From positions 25,246,464 through 25,310,463 of the forward strand of contig NC_043011.1 in NCBI RefSeq assembly GCF_006345805.1: 64,000 nucleotides of DNA, read 5' to 3'. This document shows positions 54,442 to 64,000 of the stretch, in pieces (the first letter of the stretch is position 1; the number at the start of each line of letters is the position of its first letter). The position numbers were made by a program, and so were the translations under genes. Under the pieces are notes generated by a model. It saw only the letters and a program-made list of their open reading frames with translations, was not told where the DNA came from and did no database searches. Origin of the DNA: Octopus sinensis (lineage: Eukaryota).

Positions 54442-55367
54442 GGGTATATTATTTTCATGCTACCAGACTTGTTTTACATGAAAGATTTGAAAGAAATAAT
54501 CTTGCTTGTAGGACAATGATGCTCATCTACAAACATCACATGATATCTAGACTAGGGTATACACACATGATGGGCTTCTTTTGGTTTCTACCTAGCAAAT
54601 CTACTCACAAGGATCTGGTCAGCCTGGGCTATAGTAGAAGACACTTGCCCAGTGCAACTGAACCAGAGCCCACATGTTTGGGAAGCAAGCTTCTTAATTA
54701 TGAAAGGTAATCACTTTGGAATTAAATCATAGTTTGATCTTTTATTCAAAAAGAAACTGTAAATCAGCAATAAAAAAAAGGACAAAGGTTCCAACTGATC
54801 TGATTAATGGAACAGCCTGCTGGCAAAATTAACTTACAAGTGGCCAAGCACTTTACAGACATGTCTACCTGTAACATAGTTCTCAGGGAGATTTAGTGTG
54901 ACAGACAGAATGTGACAAAGCTGGCCTATTGAATTACAGGTTCAACTCATTTTTGCCAGCTGAGTGGACTGGAGCAATGTGAAATAAAGCATCTTGCTCA
55001 AGGACACAACATGTCACCAGGAATCAAACTCACAACCTTACAATTATGAGCTGAATACCCTAACCATTAAGCCATACTTAGTGTGTGATGTGTGTATTCA
55101 AAAATGCAGGTCACAAAATGGAATAAGACGGTGCTGTGATAAGGAGAGGTGGATCCTTCTGCATATGACAGAACTCTCCTTTGGGGAAGATATGGGAAGT
55201 CTGACAGTTTTCTTATCTTCTCCAAAGAAAAGCCTACAAAAGACATTATATAGTATTCACCATCTTCTTGTGACACCTTTGAATCTTATCTGATTTTACT
55301 TGATATAAACTGTCCTTAGTTTTTGTTGGTCTCTAATTTTATTTTCATTAATATTTTGACCGTTTCA

Positions 55368-55598
<231 letters not shown>

Positions 55599-57201
55599 TT
55601 ATCTCAGCCCACAACACCTTTTTAGTATCTTTGCCATATGAAGTTATATCTGAGAAGAAAGATCTTACAAAATATTGAGAATGGCTTAAGCCAAATCTCA
55701 ATTTGGAATTATTAATAAAATTATTTATCTGATGCAGAATAGGTGTAAAAACTTCTGAAATAAATCACAACAAAGATAAAAAATATAAAGAAGACCATTA
55801 ATAAAAACTTGACTTTATTAGGTAGCTGGTCTGTTATTGTTCAAATGTTTAACATTTAGAGAAGTTCCAAACAAAGTATTAAGTATATAGGTAAAGACCT
55901 CCTTTAGTCATAAATGACCAAGAAAGTTACCCTCTGAGGCACAAGTCTGGGCCATGTTGTTTATGGAAGACCAGTAGTCACCTATGCATACCAGCCTCCC
56001 CTCACCACACCACTGATGTTATCTGAGGGAAAGGAAAAGGCTGATACAGCTTGGTACCAGTGACATTGCAGCTCATTTCTACAGTTGAGTGAACTGGAGC
56101 AAAATGAAATAAAGTAACTTGCTCAAGAACACAATACCCAGCCTGGTCCAAGAATCAAACTCACCACCTCATGATTGTGAGCCCAACACTCTAACCACTG
56201 AGCCATATGCCTCCACATATTAAGAATATACATGGATGCATAATGATTTTATTTCATTTGAATAGGATCAGTTAACCCCTTTCACATTCCCCAAAACATG
56301 CATATAGTGGTAAATTTTTTCTGTAAACATTCACACCCCTGCAGAAATCTAGGCATTATGGGTTACCCCCCTATTTCTCAATGTTCACTTTTCCATGCTT
56401 GCATGAGTTGGATGGAATTAGTCAAGGCAGGTTTTTCTATGGCTGGATGCCCTTCCTGTTACCAGCCCTCATCTGTTTCCAAGTAAGGTAATATTTGCCC
56501 ATGACCAGACATGTTTTTTTATGAAAGACTGGAAATGAGGGACACTGCTTGCGTGATGGTGCTATTCATTTATAACTATCACACAATGTCAAGGCAAAGA
56601 GACAATAGCACATGTGCGTGCACACACACATACACACACACACAATAGTTTCCTTTGAGTTTCCATCTATCAAACCCACTCACAAGGTTTTGGTCAAACT
56701 GAAGTTATAATAGAAGATACTTGTCCAAGGTGCCATGCAGTGGGACTGAACCTGAGACAATGTGGTTGGGAAGCAAACTTCTTACCACACAGCCATGCCT
56801 GTGCCTGGAATTTCTCTAAGAGGTAATTTTGTGTAGATTTCTTTCAAAGTGTCAACCACTGCTACAAAATGATGCTGGTATTTATTTTCAATGAAGCAAG
56901 GTAGGCTGAATTGAAGTTAAAACATTTACCAAACAATTTTGAGACTGAAAGCAGAGATATTCGACCACATCATTATCATTTTTTTAATGTCCATTTTTCT
57001 ATGCTTGCATGGGTTGGACAGAATTTATTGAGGCAGATGTCCTTCCAGTCACCAGAATATTGGGAAAGAATGACTCTGCTTGTATGACAGTGACAATTAT
57101 TTCCAACTATCAAATGAAAAAAATGAAGACACTAATTCTTTCTCGATTCTGCCAAAGAAAATGTTATTTTCATAATCATAATAATAAGCAAAATATCTTA
57201 C

Positions 57202-57314
57202 ACTAAGATCTTCAACCATGCCATTAATATCTAAGCTTCTGGTTTGAGCATCCCAATATCGGTACTCTTTGACGTTGGTAAAGCCAGCAGCCATGTAGAC
57301 ACCCTTGTGGTTTC
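57202..57314 (-). CDS. GOT1: GOT1 exon (113 nt)
   Basis: ATTCAG|GA gives (G)NHKGVYMAAGFTNVKEYRYWDAQTRSLDINGMVEDLS|GTAAG. Confidence 0.93.
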
Positions 57315-59518
57315 CTGAATAATAAAAGAAGCTTTGTAAATTTTCATCAAAACATTGATTCTATGACTGTTCTTCTTCAGGATTAATTCTGTACTAATAG
57401 TAGTAGTAGTAGTAATTATTTCAAATTTTGGCACAAGGCCAGCAACTTTGATGAAGTGGGTTAGTTGATTACAGCGACTCCAGTACTAAACTACTACTTA
57501 TTTTGTCGATCCCTGAAGGATGAAAGCAAAGTAGACCTTGATGGAATTTGAACTCAGAAAACAGAGATGGACAAAATGCCACTAAAGATCTTGTCTGGCA
57601 TGCTAACGACCCTGCCAACTTGCAGTAAATAATAATAATAATAATGATAATAATAATAATTATTTAAATTTCAAGAAGTTGCAAAATGAAAACTAAAACT
57701 TAGAGTAAATTTAGTATGATGGAAACTGAAATATCTAAAAAAACAGTTTAGGTAAAGTTAGTAACAATGTCTGATTAGATGAATGATTTAAGAATAAAAA
57801 AAAAAATTTAAGAAGATAAGAGTAATTTATATTAATGGGAAATGCAGTAGTACTAGTCATGGAAGTGAAACAGCAATAACCAGACTGTCCTGTCCAGTCA
57901 TGTTATTGCTGTGAAAGTTTGAAGCAGAAGTAAGGATAAATTATCAAGGTAATTATTAAGAGTAAAGATATGAAAAATTCTAGGTTACAAAAAAAAAAAA
58001 AAAAAGAAAAAAAAGTAGCCAGACGACCAAGAGGCTATAGTTTATAAAGAGTCTTAAAAGAATTTGTTCAAAAGCTTTCTGAATGAGTTTGGAATAGAAA
58101 TAAATAGAAAGCAACTATATTTATAAAAGAAATAAGTTGTTTTTTTTTTGTCCACCACATTAATTCAGATTTTTATTTTGCTTGAGTACAATGGGCTGAA
58201 CACTAATGAAAAATTGTTTCCTTGGAGATTATATACATTTTTCTAACTAAGTATAAATTAAGAGATTATATTTCCTTTGTTTCCATATAGCACAAAGCAT
58301 GGCTATGCGGTTATGATAAATAAATTAGCTTCATAATCACATGGTTCCAGGTTCAATCCCATTGTGTGGTTCCTTGACCAAGGCTGTTCTAAGCATTGTG
58401 AGTGAAATTAGGTAAATGGAAACTTTACAGAAGCAAGTTGCATGGACTATAGCTGTGTTTGGACAGTAACTTGAGCTTTTGCATAAGATTTAACACCACT
58501 GCCTGGCTCTAGGGTGCCTTTAGCAGAGTCCACTTTCTTGCAAGTATTCACACAAAGTCTCCCATTCAAAGATAACTTACGAACCATAGGATGCATGCAT
58601 TTCTGCATGCTGGGCATCATCAGCTACAAATGCTGAATCCATTCTTCAAAGCCTTATAGGAATGATAGTTATTATATGTAAGAACAGCGAATGAGTTATA
58701 TTTGTAGACATGGTTAAATTGGAATAAACAAACTTAAGCTACACAAAGAAACTGTGACTAAAATAGGATTGCAAAAGAAAAATTTTTTATTCATAGCTGA
58801 CAGCACATAACAATGCATGAGATTATTCATAGCTTCATATATCTCACAAAAGAGGTTGTGGGTGCTAACAAAAGTACAAGTATTGCATTAATTGAATGGC
58901 TTAGGTGTATAGTTGAACATATATCTTTAAGGAATCTAGCATGTCTGACTCAGTAAAAAAAAAATGAAGAAAACAAATTAAAGAGACTTCAAAGTAGAGT
59001 TTATGTAAAAAGTGACACCAATAAAATCATATTTTATATTATTGCCTTTAATTACATGTAAAATAAATATCTAAATATAGCATTTTAAGTAAACCTAACA
59101 ATTAGGGGAAAAGAAACAATGTACATAAAGGCAACAGCTCCTCTATTTCTATTAGAGAAGAATCAAAATAAAACCACAAGAAGTACATAAACTCAAAAGC
59201 TGATTCATTTGTTGAAAGTCATTCAGTTCAAAATTTAAGGTGTGGGAATTCCCTAAATATGATCATTATTAAGACCCAGATGTAAATGTAAAATAAATTT
59301 TGGGTTATAAAATTGTGAAAATGCAGAGATTTTCTCAGTAATAAATTACAATTTTTTTTTTTTTAATAATGCAAGCAACGTAAGGTATCCAGTAATAAGC
59401 TAGGGTCATTTCAACCAAATTTGAGTCCATTTCTTTTACTAACATTTGTTTTGTAATACTTATCCAAAGAAAATGGACATTACTGCCAAAAAACAACCCA
59501 CCCACAAAAACAACATGA

Positions 59519-59720
59519 TTATTACCTCTGCCTTAGCGAAGGCGGAGGTATTGTTTTCAGTTGTGTTTGTTTGTTTGTTTGTTTGTTTGTCTGTGGACAA
59601 GATATCTCAAGAAACACTGGATGGATTTGGATGAAACTTTCAGGGATGTTTGGCCTCATGACTGGCACAAACTGATTAGATTTGGGGATCAATCTGATAC
59701 CGGACAAGGATTCTCTGGAT
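59519..59720 (+). mobile_element. Helentron-associated (HINE/DINE-like) non-autonomous element, partial
   Basis: Terminal hairpin ACCTCTGCC-TTAGCGAA-GGCGGAGGT, followed by a (GTTT)n microsatellite and a body of the type seen in HINE-like repeats. Confidence 0.55.
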
Positions 59721-60060
59721 TGTTTACATAAAACCACCCAAGTAACACTCAATAAAAGTATTAGTTCATATTTCATCTCTCAGTGGTTACATTAGAAAAT
59801 AAAAAGAATATCTAGCTGGAAACATAACTGCTCCAACTTATAAGAGGATATATATGTTTTTCAGAAATGTATATTAGTAACAGAGTCAGTATAATATCAA
59901 AAAGTAATATTTATTCCTACTTAAACATGGATGTTTTGTTAGAACTATACAGCAATAGTTACCATAAGAGAAACTCTCATACAGTTCTATATTTAAGAGA
60001 TGAGGAATTATGTATGCTACTTACATTTGATGGATATTTGTCCTCATCTTGTTTGTTGTT

Positions 60061-60107
60061 AACACAATGTTTCGGCTGATATACCCTCCAGCCTTCATCA
60101 GATGTCT
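60061..60107 (-). ncRNA. Minimal type-I hammerhead ribozyme motif (sense to the GOT1 pre-mRNA)
   Basis: GACAT-CTGATGA-A-GGCTG(GAGGGTATAT)CAGCC-GAAA-CA-T-T-GTGTT: canonical CUGAUGA and GAAA core, 5-bp stems I and II, tiny stem III ACAU. Confidence 0.65.
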
Positions 60108-60380
60108 TGGGAAAATTTCGAACCTGGGTTCTCATTCCTAAGGTATTTTTTGATGTTAGTATTATTATTCTGATCACTGCTTAGAACTTGGAATCTTGGG
60201 GTTAGTAGCCCGCACTCTTAACCACTATGCCATATGCCCATCGGCAATTAATTATGGAGAAAAATACCTTAGGAATGAGAACCCAGGTTCGAAATTTTGG
60301 CTTGGTTTCTATGGATGGATGCCCTTCCTTATGCCAACCACTTTACAGAGCATACTGAGTGTTTGGCTTGGTTTCCCCAA

Positions 60381-60426
60381 GACACCTGACGAAGGCTGGA
60401 GGGTATATCAGCTGAAATGTTGTGTT
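60381..60426 (+). ncRNA. Inverted second hammerhead motif
   Basis: GACAC-CTGACGA-A-GGCTG(GAGGGTATAT)CAGCT-GAAA-TG-T-T-GTGTT. Confidence 0.6.
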
Positions 60427-60691
60427 AGCAACAAACAAGAGGAGGACAAATATCCGTCAAATGTAAATAATGTAAGAAACTCTCATATTGCCTTTTTGTA
60501 CTCTTGCTTATATCACCAGCGAGGAGACATCTCCTGTGCCAAGACCATCAGATCACACAATTTTGACCTTCCTTGATCTTTTCAATGATGGCTGCTTGAC
60601 TGCACCAAAAGCCAAAATGAGAGTTTCCCTTGTGGTATCTACCAGAACATCCACATCTAAGTGGGGATAGATATTTTTCAGAAACCCATCA

Positions 60692-60901
<210 letters not shown>

Positions 60902-61104
60902 TTAATATAATATTAGTGGTTGACAAAAGATTGTCTGATGGTGTTCTGAAGAATACAATTATTGCATTTTTTTATACATGGGCAACAACCATTTTCCTAT
61001 AGGAGAAAGATGCAGTTCAAGGAACTGCAATTAATTATGGGTTCATGAAATGAATGATAAAAAGGCAAAACAATTCAATCTTGTCTTAATGGATGTATCT
61101 AAAT

Positions 61105-61385
61105 CAGTGGTTCTCAACCATTTTTTTTTTACCTATGGACCCCTTTGATTCCTATTTTACCCCTGTGTGGAGGGGAAACCCTCATAGACATTCAAAGTCT
61201 AAAAACTATTAAATTTTTATGATTAACGTTACGAGGAATTGTATAAAATTGTTTAAATATTTTGAATATTGTAAAAATATGAGCAATTTGTTGCACATAA
61301 ATTCTAACAACAAAATCTTATGTAGATCCCCAAAGGGTTATGTGGATCCCCAAAGGGTTATGTGGATCCCAATTGAAAACCACTG
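61105..61385. mobile_element. hAT-type MITE with perfect 8-bp TSD
   Basis: ATCTAAAT|CAGTGGTTCTCAA...TTGAAAACCACTG|ATCTAAAT, with an internal 20-bp direct repeat GATCCCCAAAGGGTTATGTG. Confidence 0.85.
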
Positions 61386-64000
61386 ATCTAAATAATATAA
61401 GTAATTTAATAATACTTCTGATGGTTCCCTGCTTTTATGGACAATATAACTATTAAAGGATCAACAGAACATTAAAATATTTTATTCCAACTATCAGATT
61501 CTTTGCAAGTCACTCTATTTCTGATGATTGAAAATATAGATGAATATTTGTAATAAAAGCAAGAACAACAGAATATATGTGATACAGGTATAGGCATTGA
61601 TTGGTTAGGAAGTCTGCTTTGCAACCAAGTGGTTTTGGGTTCACTCCTACAGTGCAGCACCTTGGGTAAGTGTTTTCTACAACAGCTCTGAGTTGACCAA
61701 TGCCTTGTGAGCAGATTTGGTAGACTGAAACTGAGTGGAAGCCCATCATTTGTGTGTTCCACCACCACTTGACAACTGATGTTAGTTTGTTTACATCTCC
61801 ATAACAGTGTACCGGACTTCAAAATAAGTACCAAAGTCACTTTGACTAAACACTTCAAGGTGGTGTACTGTACAATAACTGTACAAGTAAAAGATAAAAG
61901 ATATACATTCTTTTGTTCATCGCCATACATTACCTCATACACAATATACCATTTTGACAAACAGAATGAATGGTAATAAAGAAGCTAACTTATATATTGA
62001 TTTCAAACTTTGGTACAAGGCCAGCAATTTCGGGGGAGGAGCTAAGTTGATTACATCAACCCCAAAAGGATGAAAGGCAAAGTCAACTCAGAACATATAG
62101 ATGGATGAAATGCTGCTAAGTATATCACCTGGCATTCTAACAATTCTGCCACTTTGCGGTCTTAAGCTAATTCATATATTAAGAGATAAAATGTTAAAGA
62201 AATCCTTATTCCTTTGATGAGAATTTGCCAATATCAAAAAAGAAGAGTGAAGTAAAATATCTTCAAACAGATGATGTAGTGGAACTTGTTTGTCTAAGAT
62301 TTGATTCCAATACTTAGCAATACCATGGTGACATTCTTTTAAACATTGAAAATGTTTATGGAGCAGGCATTGCTGTGTTTTTAAGAGGTTTGCTTCCCAA
62401 CCACATGGTTTTGGGTTCAGTCTCACCATGTGACATCTTAGATAAGTGTTTTCTACTATAGTCCCAGGTTGGCCAAAGCCTTGTGAGTGGATCTGGTAGA
62501 TGAAAACTATATGGAAACTCGTCTATATATATGTGTGTTTGTATGTATACACATATGTATGTGTGTGTATATGTTTGTGTCTTCTTGACTTGACACTGTG
62601 TAAATAGTAAATGAATGTCATTCATTTCCAGTATTTTGTGAAAACATGTCTGGCTATGGGGAAATACCTTGCCTGGAACCAGGAAGGATATCCCACCATG
62701 GAAAACCTGTCTCAATAAACTCTGTTCAACCCATGCAATCATGGAAAAGTGGACAGTAAAATGATAATGGTGATGATGATGATGATTAAAAACGAAATGA
62801 TGTACCATGTTTTCAGACAATAAATGCAAAAGAATCACTCATAATATAGAGTTGGAATTGGTATTTATATTTGAAGATTGTAGTAGACAGAATATTTGTT
62901 TGAAGCACTTTAAATCAATCAGTCATCCATTATATATTTATATGGTAGCAAAAAATCAATTGAACTTATCAATAAGCAATGACTATAATAGAAATGGATG
63001 CATAGGACTGTATGACATTTGTTTATAATAATTATGTGATGTCAAGACAAGAAGACACCACTTCTCACACACACACTGGGATTCTTTCAGTTTCTGCCTA
63101 CCAAATTTACTCACAAGCTTTTGGTCAGCCTGGAGTGGTAGTAGAAGTCACTTGCCCAAGGTGTCACACAATGGGTTAATGGAAATATAATCAATAAAAG
63201 ATGACAATGAGAATAAAACATATAACAAAGTAACTATCACATAAAAAGAAAGTGGGAAGTATTTACTAACATGTTTAAACAAATGATGTGAGAAAAGAAT
63301 GAAGTTTCTCACAGCTGTATGAGAACTACAAATATTGGTTTCAAATTCTGGCACAAGGCCAGCAATTTCGGGGGAGGAGGAGGTAAGTCGATTACTTTGG
63401 CCTAAGTGCTCAACTAGTACTGAAAGGATGAAAGGCAAAGTCAATCCTGGCAGAATTTGAACCCAGAATGTAAAATTGGATGAAATGCCACTAACGATTT
63501 TGCCAGTTCTCTGCTTCATGAGAACTACAAATATTAAAATGCTTAACAATTAAGTCGTATGAATTTTTCTCATAATAAAGATAAAACAGTTAAACAATTA
63601 TTCTCGAAAGCAAACATGATCAAAGAAGATTAAATGTTTTAGCTGGAAAAAGTTTAGAAATCAAGAAACCAAAGATTTTTAATTAGGTATATTTCAGTGA
63701 GAATTTATTTTCATATTTATATTCTTTTATTTGTTTCAGTTATTTGACTGCAGCGATGCTGGAGCACTGCCTTTAGTCAAGCAAATTGATCCCAGGACTT
63801 ATTCTTTGTAAGCCTAGTACTTATTCTATTGGTCTCTTTTGCCAAACCACTAAGCTATGGGAACATAATGACACCAGCATCGTTTTGTCAAGCAATGTTG
63901 GGGGGGGGGACAAACACAGACACACATACACATATGTGTACATATATATATATATATGTTTCAGTTTCCGTCTACAAGGTTTTGGTTGGCTCTAGGCTAT

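Larger units (their letters stand above)
59982..60474 (-). mobile_element. Composite retroelement: tRNA-like head + Penelope-like end + hammerhead, with an inverted second copy and a 13-bp TSD
   Basis: TSD AGAAACTCTCATA at 59969-59981 and 60475-60487. A-box TGGCATAGTGG on minus (head 60239 to ~60172). Arms ~60010-60151 and 60260-60474 are inverted copies. Confidence 0.75.

Noticed and set aside
61472-62838. 162-aa and 160-aa minus-strand ORFs
   Set aside because: They are chance read-throughs of SINE and RTE-tail copies.

Overview
This is an AT-rich, microsatellite-dense eukaryotic genomic window. I infer octopus or a close coleoid cephalopod from the repeat landscape; this is not proven. 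Two convergent protein-coding genes are supported by exact splice-phase reconstruction. (1) On +, a two-coding-exon Myb/SANT-like DNA-binding protein, join(3369..4122,9491..9843), 368 aa. (2) On -, the last seven exons of cytosolic aspartate aminotransferase GOT1 (60892 to 47211); its first two exons were not found and probably lie beyond 64000. I found no host exon in the ~37 kb between the genes, which is filled with TE debris: RTE, CR1 and R4/Dong-like LINEs, tRNA-derived SINEs, mariner, Helitron/Helentron, and hAT-, piggyBac-, Kolobok- and Merlin-like MITEs. The most interesting signal is a set of four unrelated minimal type-I hammerhead-ribozyme-like motifs (~34.95, 39.7, 40.7 and 60.1/60.4 kb), each in or beside a fold-back or inverted duplication. 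The best case is a 493-bp TSD-flanked element in a GOT1 intron that joins a tRNA-like Pol III head to a canonical-core hammerhead and carries an inverted second copy. It looks like a SINE/Penelope/retrozyme-like hybrid. No rRNA, genuine tRNA or CRISPR array was found. Boundaries of degenerate TEs are approximate; exon, TSD and palindrome coordinates were read base by base.
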